NCBI GenBank assembly: GCA_003171255.1
Contig: PMYK01000029.1
Span: 11,816-75,815 of the forward strand
Reading direction: 5' to 3'
DNA: 64,000 nt
Source of the DNA: Chloroflexota bacterium
Lineage (GTDB): Bacteria; Chloroflexota; Limnocylindria; Limnocylindrales; CSP1-4
The notes under the pieces were generated by a model that searched no databases, was not told the origin of the DNA, and worked only from the letters and a program-made list of their open reading frames with translations. A program made the translations under genes and the position numbers. This document shows, in pieces, positions 19,292 to 28,967 of this stretch; positions within the stretch are counted from its first letter, which is position 1, and every line of letters begins with the position of its first letter.

Positions 19292-19528
19292 TCAGGCAGT
19301 CCGGCGGCGCTGGATCAACCGGCGTTCGTCGCCTCGTCTCTCCTCGCCTGTCGGCGAGCCGCCGACCCTCACCTGCCGCCGCAAGTAAGTCCGCCGTTCC
19401 TCGAGCCTCCGGTCATCCTCGAGCGAGGCCCCACACCTTGCGCAGCGACGCTCTTCAGCGAATAGCTGAGCGAGCGGCACGGTGGCCCAAAGAGTGCGTC
19501 CGCACTTGAAACAAGCGAGTCGTGGCAT
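19292..19528 (-). CDS. Small zinc-ribbon protein (78 aa) with an Arg/Glu-rich tail
   Basis: ATG-initiated ORF. It has a CxxC-N21-CxxC arrangement (CFKCG...CARCG) followed by repetitive ERR/DERR segments. I recognise no family. Confidence 0.5.
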   Translation of the reverse strand: MPRLACFKCGRTLWATVPLAQLFAEERRCARCGASLEDDRRLEERRTYLRRQVRVGGSPTGEERRGDERRLIQRRRTA

Positions 19529-19838
19529 GCAGCGATGCTACTTCATTGCGCCGGACATTCAATCCGCCGCACGTGACTCAAGCCTGGGACTCCGAACTGG
19601 TCAGCCTGAATACGAAAGATGGACGATGACCGGATCGGATACCTGGCCGATGATTGATAAGGATCGTCGGCAACGGCGAGACGACGACCACTCGAACAAG
19701 TGGTTGTATCGGCGGGTCGCTTCGCTCCCCCCGGGGCGACCCGCTCCGAGCCGCAGTTCTTGCAGCTCACAACGCGCCGACCGCTTCCTCCTCCTCCAGC
19801 GGCCGGCGCGTTGTCCGGATACGGTCCCTTGCCAGAAC

Positions 19839-19868
19839 GAAGAGCCGCGCCATGAGGCGCGGCTCTTC
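19839..19868 (-). terminator. Perfect 13-bp stem with a 4-nt loop, downstream of trpB2
   Basis: gaagagccgcgcc-atga-ggcgcggctcttc, 20 nt beyond the stop at 19888. Confidence 0.55.
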
Positions 19869-19887
19869 TCGACCTACCGGTTTGGGT

Positions 19888-21243
19888 CTACGCCTCGACG
19901 GCCTCGAGAGCGTGCTTGACCTCTGCCGCCGGGTACTCGTAGTCCTCGAGCTTGCCCGACAGGTAGCGCTGGTACGAGGTCATGTCGAAGTAGCCATGGC
20001 CCGACAAGTTGAAGAGGATGACCTTCTTCTCGCCCGACTCCTTGGCCGCCAGAGCCTCGTCGATGGCGACGCGGATGGCGTGAGTCGACTCGGGCGCCGG
20101 GATCAGGCCCTCGGTTCGAGCGAACTGGATGCCTGCCTCGAAACAGGGGCGTTGATGGACGCTTCGGGCCTCGATGAAGCCCTCGTGCTTGAGAAGGCTG
20201 ACCTGCGGCGACATGCCGTGGTAGCGAAGCCCGCCGGCGTGGATCGGCTCTGGGATGAAGTCGTGGCCGAGCGTGTACATCTTGACCATCGGGGCCATTT
20301 TGGCGGTGTCGCCGTAGTCGTACGCGTACCGCCCGCGAGTCATGCTCGGTGCGGCTTCGGGCTCGACGGCGATGATCTGGTACTTGCGGCCGCCGCGGAA
20401 GGTTAGCCCCAGCCAGGGGAAGCTGATCCCGGCGAAGTTGGATCCACCGCCGGCGCAGGCGATGATGACGTCGGGCTCCTCGCCCGCCATCTCCATCTGC
20501 TTGATTGACTCCAGGCCGATCACGGTCTGGTGGAGCATCACGTGGTTGAGGACCGAGCCGAGCGAGTAGTGGGTGTCCTCGCGCATGACCGCGTCCTCGA
20601 CGGCCTCGCTGATGGCGATGCCGAGTGAACCGGTGCTGTTCGGGTGCTCGGCCAGTATGGCCCGGCCGGCCGCCGTGTCCTTGCTGGGGCTGGCAACGAC
20701 GCTGGCGCCGTAGGTCTCCATCATCAGGGCTCGGTACGGCTTCTGGTCGTAGCTGGCCCGGACCATGTAGACCTTGACCTCGAGGCCGAACATCGCGCCG
20801 GCGTAGGCAAGCGCACTGCCCCACTGGCCGGCTCCGGTCTCAGTGGCAATCCGCTTGATGCCCTCCTCCTTGTTGTAGAAGGCCTGCGGGATCGCAGTGT
20901 TGGGCTTGTGGCTGCCGGCCGGGCTGACGCTCTCGTTCTTGTAGTAGATGTGAGCGGGCGTATCGAGAGCCTTCTCGAGCCGAACGGCACGCACCAGAGG
21001 GCTCGGCCGGTATTGCTTGTAGAGCTCCCGAACCGGATCCGGGATCTCGATCTCGCGCTCGGTCGAGACCTCCTGCATGATCAGCGCCATCGGGAAGAGA
21101 GGGGCGAGATCGGCGGGACCGAGCGGCTGATGCGTACCCGGATGGAGGGCCGGCGGCTGCGGGACCGGCAGGTCCGCCGAGATGTTGTACCAGGCTCGCG
21201 GGATCTGCTCCTCGCCCAGCGTGAAACGGGTGCGTTCGACCAT
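19888..21243 (-). CDS. trpB: TrpB2-type (TrpB-like) PLP-dependent tryptophan synthase beta-chain paralog
   Basis: Starts at ATG 21243 with a GGGAGGAG RBS. The sequence reads MVERTRFTLGEEQIPRAWYNI...YYKNESVSPAGSHKPNTAIPQAFY, which includes the PLP-lysine motif, then ATETGAGQWGSALA. The length and N-terminal extension are typical of TrpB2. No trpA is present in the window. Confidence 0.9.
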   Translation of the reverse strand: MVERTRFTLGEEQIPRAWYNISADLPVPQPPALHPGTHQPLGPADLAPLFPMALIMQEVSTEREIEIPDPVRELYKQYRPSPLVRAVRLEKALDTPAHIYYKNESVSPAGSHKPNTAIPQAFYNKEEGIKRIATETGAGQWGSALAYAGAMFGLEVKVYMVRASYDQKPYRALMMETYGASVVASPSKDTAAGRAILAEHPNSTGSLGIAISEAVEDAVMREDTHYSLGSVLNHVMLHQTVIGLESIKQMEMAGEEPDVIIACAGGGSNFAGISFPWLGLTFRGGRKYQIIAVEPEAAPSMTRGRYAYDYGDTAKMAPMVKMYTLGHDFIPEPIHAGGLRYHGMSPQVSLLKHEGFIEARSVHQRPCFEAGIQFARTEGLIPAPESTHAIRVAIDEALAAKESGEKKVILFNLSGHGYFDMTSYQRYLSGKLEDYEYPAAEVKHALEAVEA

Positions 21244-21380
21244 CCGACTCCTCCCGCCGGGCCAACCGGCGCATAGGCTGCTAGGTGCCCGAGGTCGCCC
21301 CAACACGACTGTGGCCGTTAAAGCCTAGCGGCTATCGAGGGGGCCGTGCAACCGGACCGACCGCAGGTAGTCGCCTGGGC

Positions 21381-22040
21381 CTATTCGGAGGCGGTCAGCT
21401 CCGAGGTGGCGAGCGCCTGGTAGTGCGCCGGTCCGGCGCCAAGATTGCTCTTGTAGAGAACCAACCGATTCGCCTGCCAGGTCAGTCGGACGTCTCGCGC
21501 CTCCTCGACCAGGCGACGGGCGACCGCGTCGGCGTCTGACACGCCGTCGGTTCGGGCCAGGGTCAGATGCGCGTTGAACGGCCGGTCGTCCGCCGACCAG
21601 CCGAGCCGGCGTAGCTCGACGTCCACGCGGCGCTCCAGCGCGTCGAGCTCCGCCGCACCCTCGCCGATGCCGATCCACAGGACGCGGGGTCGGTACTGGT
21701 TCGGAAAGGCACCTCCACCCGACAGCACGACCTGGAACGGCCTCACGTCCGCCGCTACGGTTGCGATAGCGGCCGCCAGCTCGGGCTGGCGCTCGTCAGG
21801 CGTAGCGCCAAGGAACCGAAGCGTCAGGTGCAGCCCGTCGACTCGAACCCAGCGCGGCTGGCCGGGGCCGCGGCGATCGACCGGACCGCCCGCCAGCTTC
21901 TCCATGATCGCGCCGATCCCGCCGCGTACATCGTCGGCAACCGGCACCGCGATGAAGAGCCGGCTCGTGCCTGGTGGGTCGTCCGGCGGCCGAGTGAATG
22001 GGCGACGCCCGCGCCCCGGCTGTTCCCTGTCCCAACTCAT
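21381..22040 (-). CDS. thpR: RNA 2',3'-cyclic phosphodiesterase (2H phosphoesterase, ThpR/LigT family)
   Basis: 219 aa with two HxT/S motifs, GLHLTLRFLG and NAHLTLART. The gene starts 13 nt after the upstream ATPase gene stops. Confidence 0.85.
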   Translation of the reverse strand: MSWDREQPGRGRRPFTRPPDDPPGTSRLFIAVPVADDVRGGIGAIMEKLAGGPVDRRGPGQPRWVRVDGLHLTLRFLGATPDERQPELAAAIATVAADVRPFQVVLSGGGAFPNQYRPRVLWIGIGEGAAELDALERRVDVELRRLGWSADDRPFNAHLTLARTDGVSDADAVARRLVEEARDVRLTWQANRLVLYKSNLGAGPAHYQALATSELTASE

Positions 22041-22053
22041 CGAACGCCCTCGG

Positions 22054-23142
22054 TCAGTCGTTGTAGAGGCGCTCCTCGATGAGCTTCTCCTGAACGGTCC
22101 TGCCGGCCGGATCGAAGCATGAGTACTCGAAGTGCTTCTCGAATTCCATGTCGATGTTGTCCTGGCCGCCCCGGTTCTTTTCGATGGAGACGATGACCCA
22201 GTCGCGGAACCGCTGGGCCTGGTAGGGGTTGAACTCGATGTTGACCTTGGCGACGATGTGGTACTTCTCGTTGATGATCAGAATGATGTCGGCTTCGTAG
22301 TTGATGGCCGACGACCCGCGCAGGTGGTGGTTGCGCAGGCGCTGGGCCTTGAGGCCTTCCTTGTCCGCGGCCACGATGGAGATCATCGCCACCTGCTCGG
22401 ACAGGGCCACGTCCTTGAGGCCGTTGACGACGTAGGTGACCTTCTCCGATTCGGTGCTCGGCTCCGGATACACCGGCACCTTCTGCATGTAGTCGACGAC
22501 GACGAGCAGCCGCCGATCGCCCGACAGGACGCGATGCTGCTGGATCAGCTTGCGGATGTTCTCGACCGTGCTGGCAGTCTGCGAGCCGCGCATAAGGAAG
22601 AGGTTCTGGCCGTAGCGGGCTATCCGGTCGAGGCTGGGTCGGAGCCGCTGGTTGGCCGTAAGGCCGGCGCCGCCGCTGCCCTCACTCATCCCCGAGGACA
22701 TGATCTCTTTGCGGACATCCTGGATCTTGATTGCCCCCGTCTTCTGGGGCAGGTGTGCAAGGGCCGACTCGAGAGCCACGAGGCGGTTGAGGAGGTATTG
22801 CTCCTCGTGCTCGAAACAGATAAAGAGGACGTTTGCCTGGCCGCTCGAGGCCACGTTGCGGGCCATCTGCAGGGCCATCGTGGTCTTGCCGGTGCCCTGG
22901 GCGCCACCGATGAGCATGAGTTCACCTGCCCGCAGCCCGCCGCCGATCGTCTTGTCGAGCATGCCGAAGCCAAGCGGAACCGGCTGGTACTCGCCGAACC
23001 GGCCGCTGGCGAGGCTGTCGTTGAGGTCGACCAGCACGTCCAATGCAGAGCGCGGGACAAGGCTGCCGTTGTCCGTGTCAAGCCGCCAGGTGAGCGGGGG
23101 CGACGCGGCACCGGCTTCTTGCGATCGATCGGTTGTGGTCAC
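22054..23142 (-). CDS. Stand-alone DnaB C-terminal-domain-like RecA-fold ATPase (no DnaB N-terminal domain)
   Basis: The sequence shows GFGMLDKTIGGGLRAGELMLIGGAQGTGKTT (Walker A), LLVVVDYMQK (Walker B), LRGSSAINYEADIILII and SIEKNRGGQ. These match the order of DnaB helicase-domain motifs. I placed the start at GTG 23142, 5 nt after a GGAGG. The track ORF begins at TTG 23157. Confidence 0.75.
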   Translation of the reverse strand: MTTTDRSQEAGAASPPLTWRLDTDNGSLVPRSALDVLVDLNDSLASGRFGEYQPVPLGFGMLDKTIGGGLRAGELMLIGGAQGTGKTTMALQMARNVASSGQANVLFICFEHEEQYLLNRLVALESALAHLPQKTGAIKIQDVRKEIMSSGMSEGSGGAGLTANQRLRPSLDRIARYGQNLFLMRGSQTASTVENIRKLIQQHRVLSGDRRLLVVVDYMQKVPVYPEPSTESEKVTYVVNGLKDVALSEQVAMISIVAADKEGLKAQRLRNHHLRGSSAINYEADIILIINEKYHIVAKVNIEFNPYQAQRFRDWVIVSIEKNRGGQDNIDMEFEKHFEYSCFDPAGRTVQEKLIEERLYND

Positions 23143-23296
23143 AGGTGCCTCCACCAAGATCCAAGTCGGGGAGCAGCGTCTGGCATCGTATCAGCCGTTC
23201 ACGGCTCGGACACTCACCCAAACCGCACACCCGTACTCCCCCTCTTGTTCTATTGCGCTACCAGAGAGCGTGCCACACGCCCGGCGATGAGCCGGA

Positions 23297-24703
23297 CTAG
23301 ATGGTCTCGAGTTTGGCCACTTCATCCCAGAACCTGGCTATCGCCCGAATGCCCGTTTCGTAGTTGGTCATCGACATCCACTCGTTCGGGGCATGGAAAC
23401 GACCGTCGGGCGGGGCGAAGCCCAGCAGGATCGTCGAGAACCCGAGGATCGATTCGAAGCTGGCACACACGGGAACGGAGCCGCCCTCGCGCATGAACAG
23501 CGGTTTGGCTCCGAAGCTCGCCTCGATAGCGCGCGCCGCCGCCTGAGTTGTGGGTCCGTCGATCGGGGTCAGGCTGGGCTTGCCATCGCCCAGTCGCTCG
23601 ATCGAATAGCGGACCGTCTTCGGGGCCACCTTCTCGATGTAGGCAGCGACGAGGCCGAAGATCTTCTCCGGATCCTGGTTCGTGACCAGGCGAAGGCTGA
23701 TCTTAGCGTGGGCATGGGCTGGGATGATCGTCTTGGGCCCTTCGCCCTCGAAGCCGCCCCAGATCCCGCAGACGTCGAGCGTGGGCCTGGCGCCGATGCG
23801 TTCCAGGGTGGTGTAGCCGGGCTCGCCGTGGAGCGCCGGAACACCGAGCGACTGGCGGTACTCCTCGTCGTCGAACGGCAGTCGGGCCAAGGCCTCGCGG
23901 TCGGCGGCCGTTAGCTCGACGACATCGTCGTAGAAGCCGGGGACCCGGATCCGGCCGTCCGGTCCCTTGAGGGCGGCCACGATCTGGCAGAGGGCATTGA
24001 TCGGGTTGTCGACCGCGCCGCCGTACCCGCCGGAATGGAGGTCGATGGTGCTGCCGGTGACATCGAGCTGGAAGTAGATCAGACCCCGCAGGCCGACGAC
24101 GATGGCCGGCCGGTTGCCCTCGAAGAACGGCGTGTCGGAGATGACGGCGAAGTCGGCCTTGAGGCGGCCCTTGTTTGACTCGAGCCAGGCGTCGAGGTGG
24201 ATCGAGCTCGACTCTTCCTCTCCCTCGAAGACAACTCGCAGATTGACGGGCAGCGCAGCCCGTGTCTTGAGCAAGGCCTCGATCGCACGGATGTGCATGT
24301 GGAGTTGCGACTTGTCGTCGGCGGAACCGCGGGCGAGCATTTGGCCGTCCTTGACCACCGGCACGAACGGTGGCGACTCCCACAGGTCAAGCGGATCGAC
24401 GGGCTGGACGTCGTAGTGGCAGTAGACAAGGACCGTGGGCTTGCCATCGGCGTGCAGCCAGTCGGCGTAGACAACCGGATGGCCGCCCGTCTCGGAGACG
24501 TCGACGTGCTCCATGCCGGCGACCCGCAGATCGGCGGCCACGAACTCCGCCGCGGCCCGGCAATCGGGGGCATGGGCTGGTATGCCGGAGATGCTGGCGA
24601 TGCGCAGCAGGGCCTTGAATGACTCCAGCCGGCTGTCCTTCGTATCGTCCAGGAATCTGTCCAGGGCCGCGTCAGATGCGGCGTTGGGGACCAGGTCGGA
24701 CAT
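23297..24703 (-). CDS. M20-family metallopeptidase (dipeptidase / ArgE-DapE-like)
   Basis: Internal ATG at 24703 with a GGAGAAG RBS. The sequence reads VLVYCHYDVQPVDPLDLWESPPFVPVVKDGQMLARGSADDKSQL. Confidence 0.85.
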   Translation of the reverse strand: MSDLVPNAASDAALDRFLDDTKDSRLESFKALLRIASISGIPAHAPDCRAAAEFVAADLRVAGMEHVDVSETGGHPVVYADWLHADGKPTVLVYCHYDVQPVDPLDLWESPPFVPVVKDGQMLARGSADDKSQLHMHIRAIEALLKTRAALPVNLRVVFEGEEESSSIHLDAWLESNKGRLKADFAVISDTPFFEGNRPAIVVGLRGLIYFQLDVTGSTIDLHSGGYGGAVDNPINALCQIVAALKGPDGRIRVPGFYDDVVELTAADREALARLPFDDEEYRQSLGVPALHGEPGYTTLERIGARPTLDVCGIWGGFEGEGPKTIIPAHAHAKISLRLVTNQDPEKIFGLVAAYIEKVAPKTVRYSIERLGDGKPSLTPIDGPTTQAAARAIEASFGAKPLFMREGGSVPVCASFESILGFSTILLGFAPPDGRFHAPNEWMSMTNYETGIRAIARFWDEVAKLETI

Positions 24704-24780
24704 CGGCTTCTCCAGCTTGGGTTGCTCCGGCTCGATTGTATCGAGAGCGCCGCCGAATGGGCTCCTGGCGCGTCGCGGCG

Positions 24781-24817
24781 CAAAGACAAACCGAGCGGTC
24801 GAATGGCCGCCCGGTTT
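24781..24817 (-). terminator. Intrinsic terminator downstream of ftsH
   Basis: The minus strand reads AAACCGGGCGG-CCATTCGA-CCGCTCGGTTT, an 11-bp stem with one G.U pair. It is followed by GTCTTTG and begins about 22 nt after the stop at 24840. Confidence 0.5.
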
Positions 24818-24839
24818 GGAATTGGCGATGGTCCAGCCC

Positions 24840-26774
<1,935 letters not shown>

Positions 26775-27048
26775 AGGTGTAACGGAGCCTCCGGGTGTGG
26801 CGATCGGTACGAGGCCGAGCGGCCGCCGCAGTATACGCCCGACGACCTTTCGGTCTGTGTTTGGCAGACCTCGGGACGGGAGTTGGGGCTCCCGGGTCGC
26901 AAGCCGCGCGACGGCTTCAACTAAGTAGACTCCAGGCGGGGGCCATCTGTTCGGCTGAAGGCCAGATCGCCCGCCGCCGTCTCGTCTCGCGGTCCCGTGG
27001 GGCAAGTGCCGCGACACAGCGGTGCTCGTCGCGTCCGAGAGACCGAGG

Positions 27049-27080
27049 CCAAAGAACACGGCCCGAGCGGTGCCCGGGCC
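27049..27080 (-). terminator. Possible terminator after the tRNA
   Basis: The minus strand reads GGCCCG-ggcaccgct-CGGGCC followed by GTGTTCTTTGG, 13 nt past the tRNA CCA end. Confidence 0.35.
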
Positions 27081-27093
27081 GTTTGACGATCGG

Positions 27094-27168
27094 TGGTAGC
27101 TGGGGTTGGATTTGAACCAACGACCTAGCGATTATGAGCCGCTTGCTCTGCCACTGAGCTACCCAGCC
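27094..27168 (-). tRNA. tRNA with anticodon CAT (elongator Met, or lysidine-dependent Ile2), with the CCA end encoded
   Basis: The minus strand reads GGCTGGGTAGCTCAGTGGCAGAGCAAGCGGCTCATAATCGCTAGGTCGTTGGTTCAAATCCAACCCCAGCTACCA. It folds by eye into a cloverleaf with a D arm (GCTC/GAGC), an anticodon stem (AGCGG/TCGCT), an anticodon loop (CTCATAA) and a T arm (GTTGG-TTCAAAT-CCAAC). It lacks the three consecutive G:C pairs at the base of the anticodon stem that mark initiator tRNAs. Confidence 0.9.
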
Positions 27169-27423
27169 TCGAGTTCGGCCGGCCGCCCGAAGGCCGCCGC
27201 CAACTCGGACGGGATTCTACAGGCAATGGCCGCGTTCTCGCCAACCGTGGTCCAAACGATCCGTCGTTGGCCCGTTGAGTCCGGGAGGACTGGCCCCAGA
27301 TGGTGTCGACCAGTGCAGCGGCCGCGGCAGCTGGATCGCCGCCACGCCGTAGCAGTTGACTCCTCGCGAAACGTCGCCGAAGGGCGGCGGACGGACAACC
27401 GCCCCGCCGCCTTGTCTTTCGCC

Positions 27424-28356
27424 TCAGCCGCGATCCAGCAGCTCGAGCGCCGGGACGAGGGCCTCCAGCGAGGCGATGGTGATTGGGTCGACGACGAGTT
27501 GGACCTCGGCCACGCCGGCACGGGCGTAGGCGCGAAGCTCCTCGGCGATGACCTCCGGCGGCCCCTGGAGCGGGTTGGGAGCGGTATCCACGTAGCCGTC
27601 GCCCTGGCGGCGGCCCACTCCGCCCGGCATGCGCACCAGAACCACGACCGTGGCGTCGACGGCGGCCGGGTCGCGGCCCACCCCGGCGCAGGCCGCGGCC
27701 ACCCGGGCTCGCAGCGGAGCGACGCCGTCGGGGCTGTTGCCCGTGTCCGTGTGCCAGACGTTCCACGCACTCACATACGGCAGCGTGATCTCAAGCATCC
27801 GCGGACCTGCCGAGCCGATCATGATGGGCGGCCCGCCCGGCCGCGACTGCGGCACGAGCTGGCAATCCCGGGCGCTGTAGTACTCACCCTCGAAGTCAAT
27901 CTCGCCCTCCTGGAGGAGTTTCCGGACGATGGTAAAGGCCTCCTCGAAGCGCGAGATGCGATGGTCGAACGGGACGCCGTAGCCGCGGAACTCCACCTCA
28001 TTCCAACCCGCACCGAGCCCCAGGACCAGTCGCCCGCCGGAGATCTCGTCGACCGTCGCCGCCTTCTTGGCGAGGACCGCGGGATTGTAGAAGCCGAGCG
28101 GCGTCACGAGTGGTCCAAGCCCGACCCTGGACGTAATGGCGGCCGCGGCGGCCAAGACAGACCATGCGTCCCACGGCGCGTCGGGAGTGCCGTCGGCCAT
28201 GTGGTACAGGAAGTGGTCTCCGGTCCAGATCGAATCGAAGCCAAGATCCTCGATTGCCCGGATCATCGCGGCCAGATCTGGCCAGCGGACCGGCCACTCG
28301 ATTTCGGGAAGTTGCACGCCCACCCTGAGGGGGCGGCGGGTCGGGGGCACGTTCAT
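27424..28356 (-). CDS. Luciferase-like monooxygenase (LLM) class oxidoreductase, probably F420-dependent
   Basis: 310 aa. The sequence reads LRVGVQLPE...FDSIWTGDHFLY...LGLGAGWNEVEFRGYGVPFDHRISRFEEAFTIVRKLL. Confidence 0.8.
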   Translation of the reverse strand: MNVPPTRRPLRVGVQLPEIEWPVRWPDLAAMIRAIEDLGFDSIWTGDHFLYHMADGTPDAPWDAWSVLAAAAAITSRVGLGPLVTPLGFYNPAVLAKKAATVDEISGGRLVLGLGAGWNEVEFRGYGVPFDHRISRFEEAFTIVRKLLQEGEIDFEGEYYSARDCQLVPQSRPGGPPIMIGSAGPRMLEITLPYVSAWNVWHTDTGNSPDGVAPLRARVAAACAGVGRDPAAVDATVVVLVRMPGGVGRRQGDGYVDTAPNPLQGPPEVIAEELRAYARAGVAEVQLVVDPITIASLEALVPALELLDRG

Positions 28357-28380
28357 GACCGAATCGTATCGCGAGCGGGC

Positions 28381-28881
28381 CTACCCCTGCGATCCGAAGA
28401 GGACCTGCAGCCAGGAGTCGAGCGGGCTCTGGCTATGAGTCGGAAGATCCGGCTTGATGCCCGTCGAGCCGGGCGCGTTCGCCGGCAGCGGCAGCGCGTT
28501 TGGGTCGAGCATGAACGGTATTTCCCGCGACGAGCCGAGCAGATACCCGCGCGCCATCTGCGACACGAAGGCGGGCTGCTGGATGAGCGTGAGCTCTCTC
28601 TCGAGCGAGGCGACATCCCGTTCTATGGCTGCGTTGCGAGCGCGCATCTGATCGGCCTGGCTTGCCGCAGACGCCGCCTCGCTGACCTGGCGGGCAAATA
28701 CGCCAACCAACCACAGGGCGAACAGGCCGGCCAGGAGGAGCGCCAGGCGGCGTCTCGTGAACGAAATCGTCCGCCCGGGAAGCGGCGACGACGGTGCCGA
28801 CAGGTCATCCAGCGGCAACTCGAGATCGCGTCCGTACATTACCGAATCGTAGCTTTCGGCAGCTGACGTGTCAACGAGCAT
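28381..28881 (-). CDS. FtsB/DivIC-like septum-formation-initiator family protein
   Basis: 166 aa. A single transmembrane segment (LALLLAGLFALWLVGVF) is followed by a coiled coil (QMRARNAAIERDVASLERELTLIQQPAFVSQMAR). Confidence 0.65.
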   Translation of the reverse strand: MLVDTSAAESYDSVMYGRDLELPLDDLSAPSSPLPGRTISFTRRRLALLLAGLFALWLVGVFARQVSEAASAASQADQMRARNAAIERDVASLERELTLIQQPAFVSQMARGYLLGSSREIPFMLDPNALPLPANAPGSTGIKPDLPTHSQSPLDSWLQVLFGSQG

Positions 28882-28900
28882 TCGAGCCCGGCTCGAATGC
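28878..28900. promoter_or_regulatory. Perfect 10-3-10 inverted repeat in the divergent ftsB-like / helicase promoter region
   Basis: gcattcgagc-ccg-gctcgaatgc. The left arm covers the ATG of the ftsB-like gene (28879-28881). The right arm lies 68 nt upstream of the helicase ATG. Confidence 0.35.
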
Positions 28901-28967
28901 TTGCACGCTTGCGAACGCTGCTACACTGGCATCCGATAGCGTACATACGTTCGGTTTGAGGTAGGCG

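Noticed and set aside
19543-19770. A 75-aa minus-strand ORF beginning MSCKNCGSE (possible zinc-binding peptide)
   Set aside because: It has a GTG start with no RBS and only a single CxxC. Its composition and codon usage are not coding-like. The region is better treated as non-coding (see the finding for 19529-19887).
21244-21380. A T-box or attenuator leader upstream of trpB2
   Set aside because: At 137 nt it is too short for a T-box, and no T-box sequence (AA.GGGTGGTACCGCG-like) or Trp-codon leader peptide is visible. A TTGCAC-N18-TAGGCT promoter-like pair is present on the minus strand (-35 at 21346-21351, -10 at 21322-21327), but that is weak evidence only.
28878-28900. The palindrome read as a LexA/SOS (Cheo) box
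   Set aside because: The half-sites are TCGAGC/GCTCGA with a 3-nt spacer, whereas the SOS box is (T)CGAAC-N4-GTTCG(A). The resemblance is too loose to call. I kept it only as an unassigned operator-like repeat.
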